64,000 nucleotides of DNA from Tubulanus polymorphus. Taxonomy: Eukaryota > Animalia > Nemertea. Location: the NCBI RefSeq assembly GCF_964204645.1, contig NC_134025.1, positions 25,958,299-26,022,298 of the forward strand. Reading direction: 5' to 3'. A program made the position numbers and the translations under genes. Position 1 is the first letter of the stretch; every line of letters starts with the position of its first letter. Under the pieces are notes generated by a model. The model ran no database searches. It saw nothing but the letters and a program-made list of their open reading frames with translations, and was not told where the DNA came from. This document shows, piece by piece, positions 53,201 to 64,000 of this stretch.

Positions 53201-56200
53201 AAAGATATCATTGATCATTATATTGTAGATGTATGATTTTCCATTTCATTTCTTCGTAGCTTAGCCAATAAATTCTAGCACTAGCTCAATTAAAGCTCTT
53301 AACAACAGATCATCGAGCTACTAGAGTACTCAACAAAATTTAATCTCTAAAAGGTTAAGTACTTATTTCATTGATGAAGCAACATGCAACTACTGCATTT
53401 CCTAGAGCAAAAACAAAAGATTAATAACTGGGTTAACAGGTAAAAGGAACCCATCACAATATATATTCTATACAAATAAACTGTACATATGATTTGTTTA
53501 CTATAAACAAAGCGATTAAGATAAAAGTATGTTCTAATCACTATTCCACTTTCAGCCTCTTAATAGTATCTCTCACACCGCGTTAATTGGGTTGATTCAA
53601 TTACGGTATAGCATCTACTAGTATTCATAGTCAACATATTATCCAGGTTTTAAGGGGAATCTTAAGCATAGCGGTTACTTCATTAAAGGAAGCATTTGGG
53701 AAAAGGAGAGGTCTACCCGTACTACATTTTCATCTACATACAGAAAGCTTCTGACAAAAGAAACTCAATGAAGCTGATGTGTCTTTTGACTACCGGAAAA
53801 ATGAATTATCTGACTTATCAATAAGTCAGGTTCAAAGCACAAAGAACATTCAGACTAGAAATCAGCCAAACAATCTATCCGTACAGTTCATAATAGCCAA
53901 TAAAGTGCTAAAGTTTGAAAAGCTTAATGAAAACACTGCATTCAAAACATCATATCACAGATATACGATGAGTGTATTGAATATAAAAGAGGTGTCTATT
54001 AGCCCACTTTGCATGTATAAGGGACAGATTAATTCACTTGATCTCACCGTGTCGATCTGTGGTTACTGTAAAACAATTCATCCATGTCAAATAAACCGTC
54101 AAACATGTACAAGCCCATTATTCAATATACAGTTTTGTTTGGTATTTTCGAAAAACACTTAATCATGTATAGTTCTTACCAAGAAGGAAAGGATAAGATT
54201 TGAATCATAGATCGAATACCCCGGTATAGTAAAGCGCATATCAGACTTTTTAATGGTAGCAGAAGACATGAAAATATTCCGTTAGGGAACCATTTAATTA
54301 ATTACTTACGAAATGGTACTGGAGGGCATTCTACGACAACATCTTTAGGTTGAAGATCTGTGCCTAATGGCGTCAAAGATCCATTCACCATTATTTCTCC
54401 CAGATAACGAAGCAATTTCTGAGCCCTGTTCTGCGATGGTTCGAAGTAAAACAGTTGAGGATGTTCATCGATGAAGTAAGTATCAACAACACCAGACAGG
54501 AACTTCTCATGTTGTAACACGTTTAACAAGAAGGGCACATTAGTCTGCAAGATTCATACATAGCACAATATCAATCATGAAATCATCTTTATATAGTTTT
54601 ATATTGAACGAAGATTAGTTAATTTATACCTTAACACCTCTGATTCTAAATTCTTTCAATGATCTGAGCATCTTTAAGCATGCGGCTTTATGATCACGAG
54701 CATGGGCAATGACTTTCACAAGAAGTGAGTCATAATATGGTGATATAGTAGCACCAGCGAAGGCTGATGCACTGTCTAAACGAATTCCCATTCCTTCACC
54801 ACTTCTGAACACCTAAACACATAAGAAGGAATATTAGCGTTACGAACTAAATTAATGGAGAGAGAAGCTATTTACAAGGTGTTGTCTTTGTCACCTCAAT
54901 TCTGCCTGTATCTGGCTGGAAACTTTTTGCCGGATCTTCAGTTGTCATTCGGCATTGAATCGCGCAGCCTTGAACTTTAACATTATCCTGATGAAGCTGC
55001 AAATCATCGAGTGTTCTACCCTCTGCAACGCGTACCTGAGCCTGAACCAAGTCAACCCTATAGGTATAGTACATGTACAAATCTTTAAAAGATAAATATA
55101 TTATGACCTTAAGATTTATTGAAACCTCCTTAATAATCTTATATTGCACTTACCCTGTGATCTCTTCAGTTACTGTATGTTCCACTTGAAGTCTAGCGTT
55201 CACCTCAATGAAGTAGTAGCTACCATTTTCGTCAAGAAGAAATTCAACGGTGCCAGCATTTTCATAACCGACATGTTTAGCCAACCGAACAGCATCATCA
55301 CACATTGATTGACGAATATGATCGGGAAGCTGTGGTGCTGGTGCTATCTCGACAACTTTCTGGTGTCTTCTCTGTACAGAGCAATCACGCTCATACAAGT
55401 GAACTACCTCACCAGTTTTATCACCTTGAAAACAAATTGGGATATTGTGGCAGTCATAAAGATATAAGTCTGGTACTATTTTTAACTACGACCTACCCAG
55501 AATTTGAACTTCTATATGTCTGGGGCGTTCAATGAACTTTTCAATGAACATGGCTCCATTACCAAATGCAGATAGCGCTTCAGATGTGGCTCTGTTAAAG
55601 CTCTCCTTTACATCCTACAATTTCATGAAAAAGATTTTCTTAGCGTATTGGGAATCAAAATGGGTCTGAGCTGTAGCATAGCGTATAGCAATTCGATATA
55701 CCTTCATTTCTCGTACTACTCTCATACCACGACCTCCACCTCCATAAGCTGCCTTCAGAATAATAGGTAACCCATATTGTTGACAAAATTCATTGGCCTC
55801 ATCTGCTGTATGGATCGGACCGGGGGTACCAGGTACAACTTGAACACCTTTAAGAGATTATAACACATAGTAATGCATTCAAGAGATGCAAAGTTATTGC
55901 ATGAATTTGGTTCGGTACCATACCTGCTTCAACTGCTGCCTTTCTAGCTTCCACTTTATCTCCCATTTTGTGTACAACCTCCGATGAAGGGCCCACAAAT
56001 ATGATGCCGGCATCGGTAACAGCTTTTGCAAAGTCAGCCCTTTCAGATAGGAAACCATAACCAGGATGAATAGCATCCACATCATTCTCCTAAAACAAGT
56101 TGTAACAGTGAATGAATGAATCAATAGAATTCCTGTGATTAAATCCTTTCTCCAATCCTGGATATCATACCTTTGCTTTATGAATGATTTCAGGAATATT

Positions 56201-56679
56201 CAGATAAGCAGCTACCGGAGGCAGACCTCTACCGATAAGATATGATTCATCAGCCTTCTGTCGATGCATTTGCATGGTATCCTGCTCGGAATAGATGGCT
56301 ACTGTTCGTATGTTCATTTCGGTACAAGCCCGAAAAACACGAATTGCTATTTCACCTATAATCAACAAATATAATAACTTTATAGCAAACATTCTTAAAC
56401 GACACATTCTTCCAGTATTTTGAGTGTAAAAGCAAACAACGTCTTATAGTATGGACACCTACCTCTGTTTGCCACCATAAGTTTACGGATCTGTTTCTGA
56501 TCATACAATTTGGCAGCATTTTCAGAAGTCACATCCTTCTTATTAGCCGTTGTGGAGAATAGGGCCAAACAATTCTTTGGAAGTCTGAAGCCTGCACTCT
56601 TGGCATTTGACTGCCCTAGGACTGTGCCACCAATTTGAGCCAATGGCAATTTTGCCACTCTGCTTTGCAAACGTAACAT
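50288..56679 (-). CDS. PC: Pyruvate carboxylase, mitochondrial; multi-exon
   Basis: Transit peptide; biotin carboxylase motifs ([51 protein letters not shown]); carboxyltransferase motifs ([32 protein letters not shown]); biotin motif AMKM; stop at 50288-50290. Confidence 0.98.
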
Positions 56680-57795
56680 TATTATGATTTTCTTCTGTAC
56701 ACCTTACTAACTGATAAGAATCCTGCAAAACAGATAAGAATCTATAATGATTAACCAGATTTTAAAAATTTCTCCAGCTAGATAAAGTGCGTATACCAAT
56801 GATGTAGGCCTACAGAATAAAATCAATGAATCATTTAATTAGAAATTATAATATTTCAGTGAAATCAATTGGCATTTATTCAATCAGAAGAGTTAGCTCA
56901 ATACTGGTACATGTATGTAAACATAAAGCACAGCTGTCACTGAACTATCAGTACATTCGCCAACACACAACCAGTATGCAATTGTAGCAGTCTGTGAAAG
57001 GTTGCATCTAGGTCCCAGCAAACTAAATATGAATAGATACCGTAGTATCTATTTGAAAAAGTAATTGTATAAAAAGATAGTACTACGAATCCAAGGTCGA
57101 GCGATTATACCTATATCAAGGCTAGATAACAAATGGACCATGCTATGGACTTTGATAAGATAAAGTGTAGACCTAATATCATCAAACTTTGAATTTTAGA
57201 CTGCTCTTTATTTTACAAAAATTCAAAGGAGATAAAATTTACATTTTGCTATATGCGTCCCCTTTTTCACTTTGTTTATGATTTTTTATCATTATCATTC
57301 ATAAGCTTATTAGTCTACTAAGCAATTAGTCTCATTATTTAAAAAGAAATAAGATTGACCGACCGCAGACTAAAGAAACACCTCGCCGAGAACCCTGTTC
57401 AAAGCTCAAGATCATTTACGAGAAAAACAAATATCCTGGCACTGGTAAACAATTCACAGTATCAATAACAAAAACAAAATCTTGAAAATTATATCACAGG
57501 CCAAGTAAAGACTTTATTTCATTTTTGTTTAAGCATCGTTTTGGCATAGACACTGGTTAATGCCAACAACCAATCAGTCTGTGCATGTGGTCTGGGAGTT
57601 TCAACCTCAATACAAGGTCAACTCATACCCCAGGTCTAATCGTACCCTACTGCAGATAGCCCCTGCATTTTGAAAAGCTATTTACCTCCTTTTTTACATC
57701 AAAATATCATCAGATACACACAATGGAATTTTTTTAAACTCAAAATGTTTTTCTGATAATGCTTTTAGGGCATAGTTTTAGGGCCTACTTACAAT

Positions 57796-58073
57796 TAGTC
57801 TAGTACCTAAAGTCTATTCATTTTTTATTGTCCACGATCTTTTAGCCGCCGTTCTACAAACAACCAGTAGGGAACCGGTAACGACGACTGGTATTTAGAC
57901 CACAGGGGCTCATATCAGAGTTGTAGGTAATGTAAAAACGATAATCTGTTAATCCAATGTAGGCTATATAGTACATATAAAATAACCATACTATATATAT
58001 TGGATTTCTGATTAACAGATTATCATTTTTACATTACCTACAACTCTGATACGAGCCCCTGTGATTCAGACTA
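57796..58073 (+). mobile_element. TAGTCT...AGACTA family element with a 10-bp TSD, carrying a nested MITE
   Basis: TACTTACAAT at both 57786-57795 and 58074-58083; homologous to 39953-40023. Confidence 0.8.
57901..58063. mobile_element. 163-bp MITE with 54-bp TIRs and an 8-bp TSD (hAT-like)
   Basis: TIRs at 57901-57954 and 58010-58063 differ at two positions. Flanks are ATTTAGAC (57893-57900) and ATTCAGAC (58064-58071). Confidence 0.88.
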
Positions 58074-58638
58074 TACTTACAATCAATCTATATACAAAAT
58101 TTTTTATTTCTTTTTTCAAGACAAGTTAAAAAGGTGTACAACGTGGAAATTGGACCACGTATGAGTTGACTTAGGGAACAAAGATGACTGTTTGAATAAA
58201 GTGAATTACAACATTGAATTTAATGTGAATTCATACACAAAAAATTTACGAATGGGTGTTTTTTTGTATTATTTGTCAATTCGACACTGACTTAGTAAGG
58301 CGTATTATAATCTCCCCATTGTCACACTGTGGGACGTTGCATCGTCGAGATTATTTTCATATTTGTAAGTTTAAGCGCATTTTACCTCAATACGAAATCA
58401 TTTCTTCGCTGTCTTTAATATAGAACCACCAACCAGTACGGTCGAATAGATGAGGAGAAACTAATGTCAAACATGCAAATGGTCGTAGAAAGCGATGAAG
58501 GTTTGTTCCGGCCATCTATCCCACGCTACTCGAATATTGTCGGAGCCCTCCGAATGGATTGACCTCGCCAATATTGTGGAGCTTTCAAAATGGCGGATTG
58601 AAGTTTGTCAAATTTTTTCAACGAAATTTTCTTTAAAA

Positions 58639-61630
58639 ATGGACAAAACTCCCGTTGCATCTTTATCTGTTGGCGAGAGAAAGACCGGAGATGAGAAGAA
58701 ATATGCCATCATTTCAAGAGAAACCATCAGAATGTACGCTGAAAGTATCGGCTGCGAGCATTTATCAGATGAAGTCGTCAATTTATTGTCTCAAGATGTT
58801 ACTTACCGACTTCGAGAAATTACCCAGGTATTTAAGGCCTATCATTAAATGACTTGATTCATCCAGTCCATTCATATTTATATCTTAGATTAACTGATAG
58901 TCGAAATTACTTCATATTGACTTGAGACTGTTGGATTTACTCGTTTAAAATCTTACAAAACATTATTGATTTGAACCAAACATGTTACATTTCCTTAATT
59001 AGGCAAGTTGTCAATATATGAGGCATTCAAAAAGACGCAAACTAACAACTGAGGACTTCAATAAAGCAATGAAGTCAAAAGATGATGAGGTAAAGTAATG
59101 AAGAAAATAAACTAATGCATTAATTCTAATATGTTTTAATTTATGTATACGTTTACAATTATTACTTTTCAAATATATTTGACAGCCTGTTTATGGGCAT
59201 GGATCGACAGGCTCAAAACCATTCCAACAAATACTAGAAAAGGACTTTCATTTCACCGAAGATGTAGAATTAGATTTAGCACAGGTTATTGAAGAGGAAA
59301 TTCCTGTCAACAATCCGGGACAAATATCTGTTAAAGGTGAATATATAGATCGAGTGTGAATTAAAGGAAATTATGTTGATTAACATCAACAAATCTTAGT
59401 ATTTGCATCATTATCATTTTTCTAGCGCATTGGTTAGCAGTTGAAGGGGTACAGAAGTTGTCTAGTATTGCACAGGGTGAGTGAATTGCCTTATTGGCTG
59501 GCATACAAATAACTGACAAAAAAAATTGTAATTTTTCATGGCTGCCCAAGATGTTTAGTTTCAAAAATAGAAGTATTCTTTTCAGCTAAAACTGGTAATG
59601 GCAAGGCACAGAAAGGACTCTCTGAAGAATTACTGATGTATTATGATAACATGACAAAAGCAATATTGAGCAATGATAAAGAACTTATGAAGGTAATTCA
59701 TTTAAATGTGATTTATGTGCGTTTACGTATACCACTGAATTTACCATGACTTATCTATTTTTGATATAGATAGCTTTAGAAGACCTGCGTACAAATAACA
59801 AGATTGTACCGCTGTTACCATATTTTGTGAATTTTGTATCAAATGGGGTAAGTACGTAATTGATAAATCTAGCTCACGTTTCTCTTGTCAGCAGTACTGA
59901 ATCGTATGCTATTTGCAGGTAAAAAAAGTGAGTCATGACATTATGCAGTTAACCAAATTACTCCATACCATCAAAAGTTTAATGAACAATCCTTCTCTAT
60001 ACTTGGAACCAAAGCCATACGTAAGTTGCAAAGCTTCCGTATCATGCTCTTTAACTGAAAATGTATGTAGCATCTCTTATAATATGTCACTATTTAATCA
60101 ATGTATGTAGCTGAATATGCTGATTCAAGGCGTTATGTATTGCGTAATTGAGCCACTTGCTGCATCTATAAACCCCCTTAATGATCACTGGAAACTGCGT
60201 GACTACGCTGCGCGACTTCTTGCGCATCTTACTAGGTGAGTTCAAACTTTTAGAAAGTGACAAAATGCATATATAACAGAAACCTTGCTTAACAGTGGAA
60301 TAAATTCAAGTAACTTTTCATTTTATAGGGAATGGGCGAGTTCTATGAATCAATTACAGTACAGAAATGTACAAGCTTTGAAAGAGGTTTTGTATGATTC
60401 AGGACGACCTTTCTGTTCCCATTACGGAGCTGTCATTGGATTGGCTGCTTTGGGTCAAGAAGTAAGCATTTAATTTCTGGAGATTATTTTTGAAACCTAT
60501 AGTCTTGATTTTATTAGCAAAATTCCATTTTTGAAACTTCAGGCTGTGCGTAAAGTTTTATTGCCTCATCTCCCTAACTACTGGTGTCATATAAGGGCAG
60601 CTATGGATGACAATACTCTAAACAATGCTCAAATCAAGTCTGATGCTCATAAAGTCTATGGTACCATATTGGTAAGTCATTTTAAACCTTTTTAGCTCAT
60701 CAGTTTTTAGTATCGGTGTACTGGTAATGTTAGTCTGCTTTCCTTTGTTTCTAGCTGGCTGTTGACAACTTATTGCGAACTGAAATAAAAGATATGGAAA
60801 AATCGCTTCAAACCACTTATTCGTTAATAGCTGGTCAAAAGGATGGCACAGTCTCGAGTAGTTCATCTGATAAACTACCGGTGCAAGAAAGCAAGGTTTC
60901 GTCGAATGATAATGAACATTTCAAAAAACTCTATGACCTTTACATAGACATGTACGAACAATTCGGTGACAGTTTAGCCGTCAAATTACCACTGCCTCAT
61001 AGAGTCACAAATTTAGCTCCGAAGAATAAACAGAAACCAGTGGTTGTTCTGTACGATGAACTGGCCGCGAAGTCCGGTGAAGAACTATTAACTGAGCTGC
61101 TCAATAGTGAAGTCGAAGAGCAAAAAAGCGATCATAGTCATAGTAACGTAGAAGAAATTGACATCGATAGTCGATCGTTTAAATCTGACCGGTCGTATCG
61201 CTCCGATCGATCTGATGAGATCCCCGCGTTTTTAGCCGATCCGTCAATTGATTTGACGGTGAAGAGCACCGTTAACGATCCGGCCGGCGGTATCAAATTG
61301 ACGATTTCAAAACGGATTAAACCGGTCGATGACGCTAAAGCGAAAACGGACAGAAAAAAACGTAAAACCAGTCGACATTTCAGAGTTCAAGATATGTTCG
61401 AAAAAACGACTATCAAAAGGCGATTGTGTAAAATCGAAATATCAGTACCCGGAGGTATCGTTTTACGTCGAATGCCCGATGTGCGTAGATTCTCGTTTGA
61501 ACCATTTATGTCGTCATCTCATTATGAAAAAGTCTGTTTGAAAACTAAATTTATCGGAAAAAGAAAAGCATCGACAAAACCGAAAAATAGAACTCATTTG
61601 CTAACTGGTGCTATCGATATGTGTTTATGA
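58639..61630 (+). CDS. TAF6L: TAF6-like SAGA/PCAF complex subunit, multi-exon
   Basis: Histone fold IRMYAESIG...DVTYRLREITQ..QYMRHSKRRKLTTEDFNKA, then PVYGHG, LEDLRTNNKIVPLLPYFVNFV and EPLAASINPLNDHWKLRDYAARLL, which are TAF6L-type motifs. Confidence 0.92.
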
Positions 61631-62047
61631 ATCTCAAAACTTTTATTTTCTATAATATGGCGTTTCATATTTGCTGTACAGTGTATCAATAAAATGCAAA
61701 CAATGTGCTTGAAAATTAGTTTCTTTGTCGTTTCATTCCTTTCCACTTATCAAAGATATTTGAAAGAGACTATTCAGTATGACAGTTATATCGATACCAA
61801 TTAAAATCACAGCTTTACCCTAGGTTAATGACTCAGATTGCTATCATACTCGAATGGGCTTGCATTAAAACTAAATTAGTCTGATTAGATTTTGAACCCT
61901 CAAGTAATTTAAATTTTTAGTTCATAGAAATATTTTGTAACTCAACAATTTGAAACTCAAGTAAAATGGTACCTCTTAACATTGGCCCCCATACATTTAA
62001 TCAATCTTGACAACTCCCTGTGGGCAGTAAACAAACAGTGATAAATA

Positions 62048-62115
62048 GGGATTCGAATCCAATAGCCATGTGATCCGTAGGGCACGTGCTATCCAGGTTG
62101 CGATGCGAGCTGCCC
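62048..62115 (-). mobile_element. Possible degenerate tRNA-derived SINE head
   Basis: Minus strand GGGCAGCTCGCATCGCAACCTGGATAGCACG...GGATTCGAATCCC has A-box-like and B-box-like motifs at tRNA-like spacing. No convincing cloverleaf. Confidence 0.35.
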
Positions 62116-63512
62116 ATCAATTGGTCGCCGATGCATTGTAAACCGCGCGTTGATTGGTCAATAATGACATCATTGTTATTTACGTTCTATTTTTAGTAAT
62201 CACATCCGGGTAATTTCAGCGGGCATGCCCAGTACTGTACGTGTATGTATTATACGGTGGTGGATGATTGAATGTAACTAACTCTGAAGTAGAACCACTG
62301 CTGTTGTGTTGTTGTTGGAATGTTTTCGGACGGGTGTAACTGTAGTCGTTATTCTAAGCCGAAATTAGGAGCATGAAGTGAAAGTTTGTCACTTTTTAAG
62401 GTCTGACTCGTCACACTCATCAACCACAGACAGTCTCACGTCAACAGTAGGCCCTAAATCATTTTAATAGGACCGGCGCAACATGCATGCAATGACTAGG
62501 CCGAATTTTGAAATACCAGTATTTATTTAAACAAACCTACTTAAGGGCACCGGTATTTTGAGGTTAGAACTAAAAGCTGACTTAATCATGTTATAGTTCA
62601 AATATTGAGTTCTTATTTTTCATCATGAGCAACCTATCAAATTAGGCCCATTTTTAGTAGTGTTCATAATTATTAGCGTGACGCTTCTGATCAACTGATG
62701 TGAGTCTGTCATCTTTTTTCAAAGTGGAACGTAACCCATCAAGCGCCAAGCATCGATCTTACAACTTAGACCTAATATTTAATTTCATCCAGTTGATGGA
62801 TGCCATATGGAATATCTGAGTTAGTTTGTTTAGCGGTCAGAGAATCGTTTCAGTCACTTAAACAAACGTAGTTTTTGGAGCAATAGCATAGGCCTACTTA
62901 TGCAATTGGTCAAAGCCTTCTTTTAAGGCAGATTCAGATCGATTCTTGAATACTAGATAAGTCATGCAGCTGGAGCTTTTGTAATTATGATTTCCGTTTC
63001 CTGTTAGTGTTAGTACAAGAATTTCTATTCCCGAACAGAAATCTACCTCTAGTTGTTCGTTAATGATATATCTACAATACCAGGGCATGTCCAGGATTTT
63101 CAGCGGGGGGTCTTCCACCTGTGTAAAACTGGCCAAAGACCCAAACCAGAAAAGAAAATTGTGAATGCCGCAAGTCACCTAAAAATCTGGTTGGCTCTGG
63201 TAGGGGAAGTCTCTTGAAACAGGCGCCTGGTGTGGTTACATAAGGGCTATCATTGATTTAGTAACTCGTAAACAACTTATCTGACGTTGGTCTAGAAGAC
63301 CAAATGCGTGCAATTGCCCTAGGCTTAGGGGCAAATTTATAATCCGGGTATGGAAAAAGTATGGAAAATGATATTGGCTAACCCGTGGGAACCCTGAACC
63401 ATGACAGTTGTCCGAGGATATATGCAAAATTTGTCCACTTTCTCGGCACTTATAGACCCTTACTGATAAATGAATTCTTTTATTCAGGATAGCACAGTAC
63501 TAAGTAATAAAA

Positions 63513-64000
63513 ATGGGAGCATTCTTAGACAAGCCTAAGACTGATAAAACTAACCAGCGCGGTGAAGGAAATGGATTACGTTATGGCCTTAGCAGTATGC
63601 AGGGATGGAGAGTTGAGATGGAGGATGCGCATTGTGCTGTTACGCAATTGCCGGCAAGATTAAAAGATTGGTCGTTTTTCGCCGTATTTGATGGGCATGC
63701 AGGTGCTAAGGTTTCGTTTTACTGTGCCGAACAACTGCTGGAGCACATTCTAACTAATGATGATTTTCGTAGTTCTCTACTCGACGCTCAACCCAGTCTG
63801 GAGAAAATCAAAAACGGCATACGCACCGGTTTCTTAGATTTGGATCGAAAAATGCGCGATATACCCGAAATTTCGAGCGGTGAAGATAAGAGTGGTTCAA
63901 CTGCTGTTGGACTATTGATTTCGCCGCAGCAATTATTTTTTGCGAATTGCGGTGATTCGCGCGGCATTTTGATCCGCGACGGGAAAGTGGTTTATTCGAC
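63513..64000 (+). CDS. PPM1A/B: Protein phosphatase 2C PPM1A/PPM1B, first coding exon, running off the window end
   Basis: [12 protein letters not shown]...[22 protein letters not shown]...[12 protein letters not shown]...DKSGSTAV...FANCGDSR. It is absent from the ORF track because no stop is reached. Confidence 0.96.
   Translation, partial: MGAFLDKPKTDKTNQRGEGNGLRYGLSSMQGWRVEMEDAHCAVTQLPARLKDWSFFAVFDGHAGAKVSFYCAEQLLEHILTNDDFRSSLLDAQPSLEKIKNGIRTGFLDLDRKMRDIPEISSGEDKSGSTAVGLLISPQQLFFANCGDSRGILIRDGKVVYS

Noticed and set aside
63513-64000. Functional link between PPM1A (a reported Smad phosphatase) and the BMP/Vg1 ligands in the same window
   Set aside because: They are 45 kb and several unrelated genes apart; shared ancestral linkage explains the proximity.

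Overview
Eukaryotic, AT-rich, gene-dense window with mostly short (~60-150 nt) GT-AG introns. It most likely comes from a compact invertebrate bilaterian genome; the taxon cannot be established from the sequence alone. Genes in order: last exon of a receptor tyrosine kinase (+), BMP2/4 (-), a tandem Vg1/univin/GDF1-3-like TGF-beta ligand (-), an F-box/WD40 protein (-), a frameshifted GPCR fragment, an ~11 kb decayed repeat-rich island bracketed by ~80-bp direct repeats, IFT43 (+), SPATA17 (-), a C2orf73 homologue (+), pyruvate carboxylase (-), TAF6L (+) and the start of PPM1A/B (+). The main points of interest are: the BMP2/4 + Vg1-like tandem pair; the island, which holds five CTCF-like motifs, duplicated inverted-repeat modules and a minisatellite that may be a spliced exon; candidate frame-preserving microexons in the oversized introns of PC, IFT43 and SPATA17; a nested MITE with both target-site duplications visible; and an excess of TA-NNNN-TA palindromes resembling transposon footprints. 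All calls come from manual reading and recalled homologue sequences; no database searches were run.
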